A DNA stretch of 64,000 nucleotides from Thermodesulfobacteriota bacterium (GTDB lineage: Bacteria > Desulfobacterota > Desulfobulbia > Desulfobulbales > JBFMBH01). Below the pieces are notes generated by a model. That model saw nothing but the letters and a program-made list of their open reading frames with translations. It did not search any database and was not told the DNA's origin. Shown one piece after another: positions 46,286 through 54,928 of this stretch. Where the stretch lies: the NCBI GenBank assembly GCA_040755095.1, contig JBFMBH010000004.1:12968-76967 (forward strand). The letters run 5' to 3'. The translations under genes and the position numbers were made by a program. Each line of letters opens with the position of its first letter. The stretch's first letter is position 1.

Positions 46286-47149
46286 ATGTGGAGCTCCAAG
46301 GACGTCTACTACATCTCGGACAGCACCGGCATCCTGGCCAGCAACCTGGGCCATGCCCTGCTCTGTCAGTTCCCGGCCACCAACTTCTACGAGGAGCGCT
46401 TCCCCTTTGTCCGGACTCGGGAACAGGCCAAGAAGACCCTCGGGTACATCCTCAAGCAATCAGCGGGCCGCCGGCCCCTCATCTTCTCCACCATCGTCAA
46501 GCCCGAGCTGCGCAAGATCTTCGACACCCCGGAGGTGGAGGTGTTCGACGTCTTTGCCGCCTTTCTGGACCGGCTGGAGGGATGTCTCGAGGCCAAGGCC
46601 ATCGGCGAGCCTGGCTTTTCCCACCAGGCCATGGACGAGCGGGCGATCAACCGGCGGGTGGAGGCAATCCAGTACTGCCTGAGCCATGATGACGGCTTCA
46701 AGGCCCACGAGTTCGACGAGGCGGACGTGGTGCTGGTGGGGGTGTCCCGGGCCGGCAAGACGCCCGTGTCCGTCTACCTGGCAACCCAGATGGGGCTCAA
46801 GGCCGGCAACTTCCCGCTCACCGCCGAGCAGCTCAACGAGGGGCGCCTGCCGGACACCCTGGTGCGGAACCTCAAGCACGTGGTGGGCCTGGCCACCTCG
46901 GCGGAGATTTTGCGGGCCATGCGGGAGAAGCGCTACCCGGGCAGCAACTACGCCAAGCTGGTCACCTGCAGCCAGGAGCTGCACCAGGCAGAGGCCATCT
47001 TCCGCCAGTACCGGATACCGGTGGTCTCCTCGGCCGGCAAATCCATCGAGGAGATCGCCACCCAGGTCTCCCAGGAGCTGGGGCTGTCCAAGAAGCCGGA
47101 GACCCTGGCGCCGGCGTCGCTGCCGGTGACGCCCCGCCGGGACGAATAG
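46286..47149 (+). CDS. ppsR: pyruvate, water dikinase regulatory protein (PEP synthase kinase/phosphorylase, DUF299)
   Basis: VYYISDSTGILASNLGHALLCQF...VVLVGVSRAGKTPVSVYLA is the PpsR signature. Confidence 0.88.
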   Translation: MWSSKDVYYISDSTGILASNLGHALLCQFPATNFYEERFPFVRTREQAKKTLGYILKQSAGRRPLIFSTIVKPELRKIFDTPEVEVFDVFAAFLDRLEGCLEAKAIGEPGFSHQAMDERAINRRVEAIQYCLSHDDGFKAHEFDEADVVLVGVSRAGKTPVSVYLATQMGLKAGNFPLTAEQLNEGRLPDTLVRNLKHVVGLATSAEILRAMREKRYPGSNYAKLVTCSQELHQAEAIFRQYRIPVVSSAGKSIEEIATQVSQELGLSKKPETLAPASLPVTPRRDE

Positions 47150-47234
47150 GCGGCGGGGCGCCCTTTTTCCTTGTGCTGGCTGGCCCCCTGTGGCATCATG
47201 CTGGCCGCTGCCGCATGGACCACGCCAACATTGT

Positions 47235-48281
47235 ATGGCCAAGAGCATTCGGGAAGAGACCGAAGACCGGGAGGCGGCATTCCTGTCGCCGTTTGCCTGC
47301 CTGAGCCAGGCCAGCCGGGGCCGGCTGCGGCCGGAGCCGGAATGCCCCATCCGCACGGCCTTCCAGCGGGATCGGGATCGGATCATCCACTCCAAGACCT
47401 TCCGCCGGCTCAAGCACAAGACCCAGGTCTTCCTGTCCCCCACCGGCGACCACTACCGGACCCGGCTGACCCACGCCCTGGAAGTCGCCCAGATCGCGCG
47501 CACCATCGGCTGTGCCCTGCGGCTCAACGAGAGCCTCATCGAGGCCATCGCCCTGGGCCATGATCTGGGCCACACCCCCTTTGGCCACGCTGGCGAGGCA
47601 ACCCTGAATGCGGTGCATCCCGGCGGCTTCCGCCATTTCGAGCAGAGCCTGCGGGTGGTGGACGTGCTGGAGAAGGGGGGTCTGGGCCTGAACCTGACCC
47701 ACGAGGTGCGGGACGGCATCCTGCACCACTCCAAGGGCCGCAAGGAGATCCTGCCCGAGGACCTGGCCGACCTGCCTGCCACCCTGGAGGGCCAAGTGGT
47801 GCGCCTGGCGGACATCATGGCCTATGTCAACCATGATCTGGACGACGCCTTGCGGGCCGGCGTCATCCGGGAGGAGGATGTGCCTGTCCCCGTCCGCCGC
47901 ACCTTGGGCGATCGCCATTCCCAGCGCCTGGGCAGCATGGTCCGCGATCTGGTCGCCCGGACCCTGGCGAGGAACGACGGCCGCCTGGCCATGGACCGGG
48001 CGATGCTGGCCGCCATCGCCGAGCTGCGCTCCTTCCTCTACGACAATGTCTACGATGTGGATCGGGTACACGGGGATTTCGTCAAGGCCTCGAAGATTCT
48101 GCGGGAGCTCTATGACCACTTCCTGGCCCAGGATTCGGTCTGGGACAAGGAGAGCAGCATCTACCCGGATGGCACCCCGAAGCACCGCAAGGTTTGCGAC
48201 TTCATTGCCGGCATGACCGACCGCTATGCCCTGGACCTCTACGCCCAGATCTTCTTTCCGAAGCCCTGGAGCGTCCTGTAG
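47235..48281 (+). CDS. dGTP triphosphohydrolase-like HD-domain protein
   Basis: FQRDRDRIIHSKTFRRLKHKTQVF...HYRTRLTHALEVAQIAR...GHDLGHTPFGH. An alternative upstream start lies at 47190. Confidence 0.88.
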   Translation: MAKSIREETEDREAAFLSPFACLSQASRGRLRPEPECPIRTAFQRDRDRIIHSKTFRRLKHKTQVFLSPTGDHYRTRLTHALEVAQIARTIGCALRLNESLIEAIALGHDLGHTPFGHAGEATLNAVHPGGFRHFEQSLRVVDVLEKGGLGLNLTHEVRDGILHHSKGRKEILPEDLADLPATLEGQVVRLADIMAYVNHDLDDALRAGVIREEDVPVPVRRTLGDRHSQRLGSMVRDLVARTLARNDGRLAMDRAMLAAIAELRSFLYDNVYDVDRVHGDFVKASKILRELYDHFLAQDSVWDKESSIYPDGTPKHRKVCDFIAGMTDRYALDLYAQIFFPKPWSVL

Positions 48282-48329
48282 CCTTTGCCGGCCGGCCCGC
48301 CTGACCCGGCCCGGCGTTGACCACAAGGA

Positions 48330-51011
48330 GTGGCCATGATCAAGGATGATTCTCCCCCCTCGCCCAGGGCCGAGCTGGCCAAGGCTTACGAATTCGCCCA
48401 GGTGGAGGAAAACTGGCGCCGGAGATGGGCGGCCGAGCACCCCTTCCGGGCCGGCCTGGAGCCTGACCGGCCCGCCTTCTGCATCGTCATCCCGCCGCCC
48501 AACGTCACCGGTGTGCTCCACGTCGGCCACGCCCTCAACAACACCCTGCAGGACGTTCTGGTCCGCTACCACCGGATGCGGGGGGACAACACCCTCTGGG
48601 TGCCCGGCACCGACCATGCCGGCATCGCCACCCAGAACGTGGTGGAGCGGCAGCTGGCCGCCGAGGGCAGCTCCCGCCACGCCATCGGCCGGGAGCGCTT
48701 CGTGGACCGGGTCTGGCAGTGGCGCCAGGAATCCGGTGGCCAGATCATCCACCAGCTCAAGCGCCTGGGCTGCTCCTGCGACTGGGAGCGGGAGCGGTTC
48801 ACCATGGACGAGGGCCTGTCCCGGGCCGTGCGGGAGGTGTTCGTCCGCCTCTACCAGGACGGCCTCATCTACCAGGGGGACTACATCATCAACTGGTGTC
48901 CCCGCTGCCTGACCGCCCTGGCAGATCTGGAGGTGGAGCACGAGCCGACTGCCGGCCAGCTCTATGTCATCCGCTATCCCCTGGCCGCCGGCTCCGGCCA
49001 CCTCCTGGTCGCCACCACCCGGCCGGAGACCATGCTGGGGGATACGGCGGTGGCGGTCCATCCCGGGGACGAGCGCTACCGGCACCTGACCGGCTCCTCG
49101 GTGCTCCTGCCCCTGGTGGGCCGTCCCATCCCGGTGGTCATGGACACCCACGTGGACATGGCCTTCGGCACCGGCGCCCTCAAGGTCACCCCGGCCCATG
49201 ATCTCGCCGACTTCGAGCTGGCGCGGCGCCACGACCTGCCGGCCATGAAGATCATGGACAACGAGGGCCGCATGACCGGGGAGGCGGGTCCCTATGCCGG
49301 CCTCGACCGTTTCGCCTGCCGCCAGCAGGTGGTGGCGGATCTGGCGGCCGCCGGCCTCCTGGAGCGGGTGGAGGACTACCAGCACGGTGTCGGTCACTGC
49401 TACCGCTGCCGGACGGTGGTGGAGCCCACCCTCTCCCGCCAGTGGTTCGTGGCCGTGAAGCCCCTGGCCGCCAAGGCCATGGCCGCGGTGCGCAGCGGCG
49501 AGACCCGCATCCATCCGGCGGCCTGGGAAAAGAGCTTCTTCGACTGGATGGAGAACATCCGGGACTGGTGCATCTCCCGCCAGATCTGGTGGGGCCACCA
49601 GGTGCCGGCCTGGACCTGCGGCGCCTGCGGCCGGCTGGTGGTGGCGGTGGAGGCGCCCCGGGCCTGTCCCGACTGCGGCGCCGGCCAGCTCAGCCAGTCT
49701 CCGGACGTGCTGGACACCTGGTTCTCCTCGGCCCTGTGGCCATTTTCCACCCTGGGCTGGCCCGAGGCGACCAGGGAGCTGGCGCTCTTCTACCCCACCT
49801 CGGTCCTGGTGACGAGCTTCGACATCCTGTTCTTCTGGGTTGCCCGGATGATGATGATGGGCATCCATTTCCTGGGCCAGAGCCCCTTTGCCGACGTCTA
49901 TCTGCATGCCCTGGTCCGGGATGCCCAGGGCCAGAAGATGAGCAAGTCCAAGGGCAATGTCCTTGACCCGCTGCTGCTCATGGACCGCTACGGCACCGAT
50001 GCCCTGCGCCTGACCCTCACCGCTTTTGCCGCCCAGGGCCGGGAGATCCGGCTGGCCGAGGAGCGGATCGAAGGCTACCGCCACTTTCTCAACAAGCTGT
50101 GGAACGCCAGCCGCTTCGCCCTGCCCCACCTGCCTGCCGCGGCCGAGCCCCTGCCGCCTGCTGCCGAGCTGGGCCTGGCCCACCGCTGGATCCTCTCCCG
50201 CCTGGCCCGGACGATGAAGGCCACCATCGAGGCCCTGCATAGCTACCACTTCGACGATGTGGCCAATACGATCTACCAGTTCTTCTGGTACGAATTCTGC
50301 GACTGGTACCTGGAATGGATCAAGCCGGCCCTCTACGGGGAGGATTCCCCGGAGCGCCGCGCCAGCCGGCTGGTCCTGGGCCGGGTCCTGGAAGACGCTA
50401 TTGCCCTGCTCCACCCGGTGGTGCCCTTCATCACCGAGGAGCTGTGGCAGGTGCTGCCCGGCAAGGGGGAGCTGCTGTGCCGCTCCCCCTTCCCGACCCC
50501 GGAGGAGGACCGCATCGATCCCCAGGCCGAGGCGGCCATGGCGGTGGTGCAGGGGGTGACGGCGGGCCTGCGCACCATCCGCGCCGATCTGTCCATCCCG
50601 CCCGGCGCCTGGATCTCCGCCCGGATCGTCGCCCCGGATCCGGAGCGGGCCGAGCTTTTGGCGGCCAACCGGGAGGCCATCGGTCTTTTGGCCCGGGCCA
50701 AGGAGGTCGAGGTGGTGACCAGCGGCGAGCGGCCGGCCGGGGCCGCGGGCCATCTCTGGCAGGACGTGGAGATCTTCGTGCCCGTGGCCGGGCTGGTGGA
50801 CATCGAGCAGGAGATGGCCAAGCTGGCGCGGGAGCGGCAGAAGGTGGAGCAGCAGCTGGCCGGGGTGACCAAGAAGCTGGCCAACGAGCAGTTCCGGGCC
50901 CAGGCCCCGGCCGCGGTGGTGGCCGCCGAGGCGGAGAAGGAGGAGAAGCTCCTGGCCCGCCTCGCGACCATCGACGCCAACCGGCAGCGACTCCAGGAGC
51001 TGCAGGCGTGA
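48330..51011 (+). CDS. valS: valine--tRNA ligase
   Basis: 893 aa. It has HIGH (PPNVTGVLHVGH), KMSKS and a C-terminal coiled coil. The start is either GTG 48330 or ATG 48336. Confidence 0.96.
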   Translation: MAMIKDDSPPSPRAELAKAYEFAQVEENWRRRWAAEHPFRAGLEPDRPAFCIVIPPPNVTGVLHVGHALNNTLQDVLVRYHRMRGDNTLWVPGTDHAGIATQNVVERQLAAEGSSRHAIGRERFVDRVWQWRQESGGQIIHQLKRLGCSCDWERERFTMDEGLSRAVREVFVRLYQDGLIYQGDYIINWCPRCLTALADLEVEHEPTAGQLYVIRYPLAAGSGHLLVATTRPETMLGDTAVAVHPGDERYRHLTGSSVLLPLVGRPIPVVMDTHVDMAFGTGALKVTPAHDLADFELARRHDLPAMKIMDNEGRMTGEAGPYAGLDRFACRQQVVADLAAAGLLERVEDYQHGVGHCYRCRTVVEPTLSRQWFVAVKPLAAKAMAAVRSGETRIHPAAWEKSFFDWMENIRDWCISRQIWWGHQVPAWTCGACGRLVVAVEAPRACPDCGAGQLSQSPDVLDTWFSSALWPFSTLGWPEATRELALFYPTSVLVTSFDILFFWVARMMMMGIHFLGQSPFADVYLHALVRDAQGQKMSKSKGNVLDPLLLMDRYGTDALRLTLTAFAAQGREIRLAEERIEGYRHFLNKLWNASRFALPHLPAAAEPLPPAAELGLAHRWILSRLARTMKATIEALHSYHFDDVANTIYQFFWYEFCDWYLEWIKPALYGEDSPERRASRLVLGRVLEDAIALLHPVVPFITEELWQVLPGKGELLCRSPFPTPEEDRIDPQAEAAMAVVQGVTAGLRTIRADLSIPPGAWISARIVAPDPERAELLAANREAIGLLARAKEVEVVTSGERPAGAAGHLWQDVEIFVPVAGLVDIEQEMAKLARERQKVEQQLAGVTKKLANEQFRAQAPAAVVAAEAEKEEKLLARLATIDANRQRLQELQA

Positions 51012-51901
51012 GCATCGACCCCTTCCTTCTGCGGGACAGCCTGACCCGCTTCCTGGCCGAGGATCTGGGCCGGGGGGACGTCACCACCGAGGCGATCTTC
51101 GCGCCGGAGGCCATGACTGCCGGCCGCTTCCTGGCCAAAGGCCATTTCGTGGCCTGCGGTGTTGCCACAGTGGCGCCCCTGGTCTTCACCCTCCTGGACC
51201 CGGAGGTGCAGGTCCGGCCCGGGGTTGCGGACGGCCAGTTGGTGGCGCCCGGCCAGACGCTGTGCACCCTGGCCGGCCGCGCCCGTTCGCTCCTCCGGGG
51301 TGAGCGGGTGGCCCTCAACCTGGCGATGCGCCTTTCCGGCATCGCCACCCTGACCGCGGCCTTTGTCGAAAGACTTGCCGGCCTGCCGGTGCGGGTGCTG
51401 GATACCAGAAAGACGGTCCCCGGGCTGCGGCTGCTGGACAAGTACGCGGTGCGCACCGGCGGCGGTCACAACCACCGCTTCGGCCTCGACGACGGCATCC
51501 TGGTGAAGGACAACCATGTCGCTGCCTGCGGCTCCATCGCCGAGGCGGTCGCCCGGGTGCGGGCCCGGGCCCCCCACACCCTGCGCCTGCAGGTGGAGGC
51601 CAGCACCCTCGACGAGGTGGCCGAGTGTCTGGCCGCCGGCGTGGATGCCATCCTCCTGGACAACATGGATGGTCCCACCCTGCGCCAGGCGGTGGCCCTG
51701 GTGGCCGGCCGTGCCTTTCTCGAGGCCTCCGGCGGCATCACCCTGGAGACGGTGCGGGCGGTGGCCGAGACCGGGGTCCAGGCGGTCTCGGTGGGCGCCC
51801 TCACCCACTCGGCGCCGGCCGCCGACATCAGCATGCGCCTGGGGCCTGGCAGCGGGAAGGAACAACGAATATCGAACCGCAGAAGAGACCGGCAAGGCTG
51901 A
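51008..51901 (+). CDS. nadC: nicotinate-nucleotide diphosphorylase (carboxylating)
   Basis: The GTG at 51008 overlaps the valS stop (GTGA). ...LDTRKTVPGLRLLDKYAVRTGGGHNHRFGLDD...LLDNM... is the QPRTase signature. The C-terminal ~20 residues (GPGSGKEQRISNRRRDRQG) extend into the low-GC islet. Confidence 0.9.
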   Translation: MSIDPFLLRDSLTRFLAEDLGRGDVTTEAIFAPEAMTAGRFLAKGHFVACGVATVAPLVFTLLDPEVQVRPGVADGQLVAPGQTLCTLAGRARSLLRGERVALNLAMRLSGIATLTAAFVERLAGLPVRVLDTRKTVPGLRLLDKYAVRTGGGHNHRFGLDDGILVKDNHVAACGSIAEAVARVRARAPHTLRLQVEASTLDEVAECLAAGVDAILLDNMDGPTLRQAVALVAGRAFLEASGGITLETVRAVAETGVQAVSVGALTHSAPAADISMRLGPGSGKEQRISNRRRDRQG

Positions 51902-52002
51902 TTCGAAGCGTCAGCTACCGGTCCCTTCAACCTGCGAAATTGTTGGGCCTACCCTTACGCAGCACGCCTGGGCCTCGATTGGCGAGTCACGCGAATGTTG
52001 AG

Positions 52003-52296
52003 ATGATACCGACGATCAGCTCAACACACGGAGGCCAGATCACCGAAATGCCACTTCACCTTTACCTGAACGTCCACGCATCCGGTTCAGTGCCGCAGGA
52101 TTGGGAGCCAAGCAAGGGCGACACTGTAAAATATGCGGTGCATAATCCTGTGGTACGCTGTTACCTCCGACAACTTCTGACCGGCAGCTGGCAAAAGGTG
52201 ATAAAAAAAGGTACCACTGGCGAGGTTCACTATTTTGAGCATTCGTCTGGCCAGGTTGCTGGAGTAAAATTCTTCCCGCGCAAGGACATGTCATGA
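52003..52296 (+). CDS. small hypothetical protein in the low-GC islet
   Basis: 97-aa ORF, or 82 aa from the ATG at 52048 (GGAGG lies 13 nt upstream of that ATG). Local G+C is about 47%. The stop overlaps the next ORF start (ATGA). I recognise no family. Confidence 0.5.
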   Translation: MIPTISSTHGGQITEMPLHLYLNVHASGSVPQDWEPSKGDTVKYAVHNPVVRCYLRQLLTGSWQKVIKKGTTGEVHYFEHSSGQVAGVKFFPRKDMS

Positions 52297-52640
52297 AACA
52301 ACGCGTCCATCTCCATACACTGCTGGCACAAGAGGTTGACAAGGATCAGCAATTTGCATCCTTTGCATTGCTTTCCTTGGGGGTAATCGAGTCGCTATTT
52401 GCTGGGGCCATTTCTGTATCCAATGCAGTTGATCTCTTTTTTCACGCTGACAATTGTCTGTTCGTCCGAAAGCAGTTACGGCAAAAAGCCGCTGATGAGA
52501 TAATGGGTCGTGGCGTGCAACTGCCCGATATATTTGATGCATTGACCGCGGCAGAAGCACAGCAAGAATTTCAGCGAGAACTGACGGCAATGCGCTTGCT
52601 GTGCCTGAAACTTCTTGGAAACATTCAACTGGCGGCATAA
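52293..52640 (+). CDS. small hypothetical helical protein in the low-GC islet
   Basis: 115-aa ORF translationally coupled to the previous one, with acidic, helical-looking composition. A weak hairpin plus T5 follows at about 52643-52670. Confidence 0.55.
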   Translation: MKQRVHLHTLLAQEVDKDQQFASFALLSLGVIESLFAGAISVSNAVDLFFHADNCLFVRKQLRQKAADEIMGRGVQLPDIFDALTAAEAQQEFQRELTAMRLLCLKLLGNIQLAA

Positions 52641-52793
52641 GGTCGGAAACAGCTTCTCTCTGCCGTTTTTCGACTGAACAAGGAAGGCCATCGGCTCGGG
52701 AGCGCACAAGAGTCAGCATGTTGGTATCGGCTCTGCGGTTCGTCTTTGGCAGTAAGGCCTGGCCGCGGCGGGAATGATTCGGAGGACAACGGC

Positions 52794-53369
52794 ATGGGGG
52801 CAACACGGCTGCTCTTGGTAGACGACGAGGAGATCGTGCTCCGGGCCTTGAGCCGGGATCTGAATGCCGAAGGCTACGAGGTCGCGGCCGTCGGGAGCGG
52901 CCAGGACGCGCTCCTGCGGCTGGGCAAGGACGTCCGGTTCGACGTGGTCATCACGGATCTGGTCATGGAGGGCCTGGACGGCATCCAGGTCCTGCGGGAG
53001 GCCCGGAGGCTGGACCCGGAGGTGGGGGTGATCATCCTCACCGGCCATGGCGCCCTGTCCTCGGCCATCGATGCCCTGCGCCTGGGCGCCGACGACTACC
53101 TGCTCAAGCCCTGCGCCACCGAGGAGCTGCTCTTGCGCATCCGGCGCTGCCAGGAGCGCCAGGAGCTGCGCCGCAAGCTCAAGCTCTACGAGAACATCCT
53201 GCCCATCTGCGCGGTCTGCAAGATGATCCGGGACGATTCCGGCAAGGGTCCTGGCCAGGGGGAGTGGCTGCCGGTGGACGTCTACATCACCCGCAAGACC
53301 GGGGTGCTCATGAGCCACACCTACTGCCCGGAGTGCGGCCGCAAGGCGCTCCAGGAGCTCATCCGCTGA
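52794..53369 (+). CDS. response regulator: REC domain plus C-terminal Cys-pair (CxxC...CPxC) tail
   Basis: LLLVDDEEIVLRAL...FDVVITDLVMEGLDG...LLKP is the receiver domain. The tail is ILPICAVCKMIRDDSG...WLPVDVYI...SHTYCPECGRKAL. Confidence 0.85.
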   Translation: MGATRLLLVDDEEIVLRALSRDLNAEGYEVAAVGSGQDALLRLGKDVRFDVVITDLVMEGLDGIQVLREARRLDPEVGVIILTGHGALSSAIDALRLGADDYLLKPCATEELLLRIRRCQERQELRRKLKLYENILPICAVCKMIRDDSGKGPGQGEWLPVDVYITRKTGVLMSHTYCPECGRKALQELIR

Positions 53370-53377
53370 CCAGCCGC

Positions 53378-54910
53378 ATGCCCGATTTCCTTTTGCACCA
53401 CCGCTTCATCCGCGTCGCCCGGCGCCAGGCCGGCAAGCCGGCCATCATCGACCGCACCGCCGACCGCCGTCTGAGCTACGGCAAGTGCCTGATCGCCGCC
53501 CTGCTCCTGGCCGACCGCTTCCGGAGCTGTCCGGACGGCTTTCTCGGCATCATGCTGCCCACCGGGGCCGGTTGCACCCTGGCCGTACTCGGGGCGCTCT
53601 TTGCCGGCAAGACGCCGGTCCTCATCAACTATTCCACCGGCGCGGCGGACAACGCCCGCTACGCCCAGCGCAAGTGCCTCTTCCGGACGATCGTCACCGC
53701 CCGGGCGCTCCTGGACAAGGTCGGCTGCCCGCCGGTGGAAGGCATGATCATGGTCGAGGACCTCCTGGCCAGCTTTTCAGCCGGCGAGAGGCTCAAGAAG
53801 GCCCTGTTGACCCGGCTGCCACTTCCCATGCTCCTCAAGCAGGTGGCGGGCGGCGAGCCGGACGACCTTCTGGTGGTGCTTTTTACCAGCGGCTCGGAAA
53901 AGGACCCCAAGGCGGTGCCGCTCACCCACCGCAACATCGCCAGCAACGTGGCGGCCTTCAGCCAGGTCTTCGGTTTGTCCCACCGGGACGTCATGATGGC
54001 GAGCCTGCCCTTCTTCCACATCTTCGGCCTGACGGTCAACCTGTGGACCCCCCTTTTCCACGGCATGACCATGGTCTCGGTGGCCAACCCCCTGGAGTAC
54101 CGGACGATCTGCCAGGTGATCCGCGAGGAGCGGCCCACCATGCTGGCCGGCACCCCCAGCTTCCTGGCCGGCTACCTGGCGAAATCGGCACCCGGCGACT
54201 TCGAGAGCCTGCGGATCGTGGTGAGCGGTGCCGACAAGTGCCCGGACTCCCTGCGGGAGGGCTTTGCCGCCCAGCACGGCATCACCGTCTACGAGGGCTA
54301 CGGCGCCACAGAGACCTCGCCGGTGATCTCCGCCAACAGCCCGGGCGCCAACCGGCCCGGGAGCGTCGGCCGAGTGCTGCCCGGGGTGGAGGTGCGCATC
54401 GAGGACTACGAAACCGGCGCCGACTGCCCGCCCGGGAAGACCGGCCGCATCCTGGTGCGCGGCGAGCTGGTCATGCCCGGCTATCTCCACGATCTCGAGG
54501 AGACCTCCATGCGCATCCGCCAGGGCTGGTACGACACCGGCGACATGGGTCACCTGGATGCCGACGGCTTCCTGTGGCATGCCGGCCGGCTGCGGCGCTT
54601 CGTCAAGATCGGCGGCGAGATGATCTCCCTGGTGCGGGTGGAGGATGTCCTGGCCCGGCAGATTGCCGCCGACAACCCGTGCTGCGTGGTGGAGGTCCCG
54701 GATCCCCGGAAAGGCTCCCGGATTGTGGCCGCGGTGGCGGCACCGGTGGATGAGCCGGCGGTCCTGGCCGCCATGGCCAAGGAGCTGCCCAACATCGCCC
54801 TGCCCCGCCGCTTCCTGGCCCTGGGCGATCTGCCCAAGATGGGCTCGGGCAAGGTCGACTTCCGCCAGGTGACCAGCCTGGTCCAGGAGCGTCTGGCCGC
54901 CGGCTCCTGA
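53378..54910 (+). CDS. AMP-dependent synthetase/ligase (acyl-CoA/acyl-ACP synthetase-like)
   Basis: The motifs are VVLFTSGSEKDPKAV (AMP-binding P-loop), YEGYGATETSP, TGDMGHLDADGF and GKVDF. Confidence 0.85.
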   Translation: MPDFLLHHRFIRVARRQAGKPAIIDRTADRRLSYGKCLIAALLLADRFRSCPDGFLGIMLPTGAGCTLAVLGALFAGKTPVLINYSTGAADNARYAQRKCLFRTIVTARALLDKVGCPPVEGMIMVEDLLASFSAGERLKKALLTRLPLPMLLKQVAGGEPDDLLVVLFTSGSEKDPKAVPLTHRNIASNVAAFSQVFGLSHRDVMMASLPFFHIFGLTVNLWTPLFHGMTMVSVANPLEYRTICQVIREERPTMLAGTPSFLAGYLAKSAPGDFESLRIVVSGADKCPDSLREGFAAQHGITVYEGYGATETSPVISANSPGANRPGSVGRVLPGVEVRIEDYETGADCPPGKTGRILVRGELVMPGYLHDLEETSMRIRQGWYDTGDMGHLDADGFLWHAGRLRRFVKIGGEMISLVRVEDVLARQIAADNPCCVVEVPDPRKGSRIVAAVAAPVDEPAVLAAMAKELPNIALPRRFLALGDLPKMGSGKVDFRQVTSLVQERLAAGS

Positions 54911-54928
54911 CCACGGGTCCCCCGGGCC

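Noticed and set aside
47196-50753. 1185-aa ORF on the minus strand. Similar very long ORFs include 775..3009(-), 6987..9056(+), 12970..14979(+), 17686..19773(+), 23273..25162(+) and 57862..59973(-).
   Set aside because: All lie antisense to genes with unmistakable homology (valS, purC/adh, clpB, pheT, thrS and others). Their translations are Arg/Gly/Pro/Ala-rich low-complexity strings. They are the shadow ORFs expected when stop codons are rare in high-GC DNA.
51850-52760. Flanking direct repeats or att sites for the low-GC islet.
   Set aside because: Only a trivial GGAAGG match was found at both edges, and there is no integrase or tRNA target. The mobility mechanism cannot be supported.
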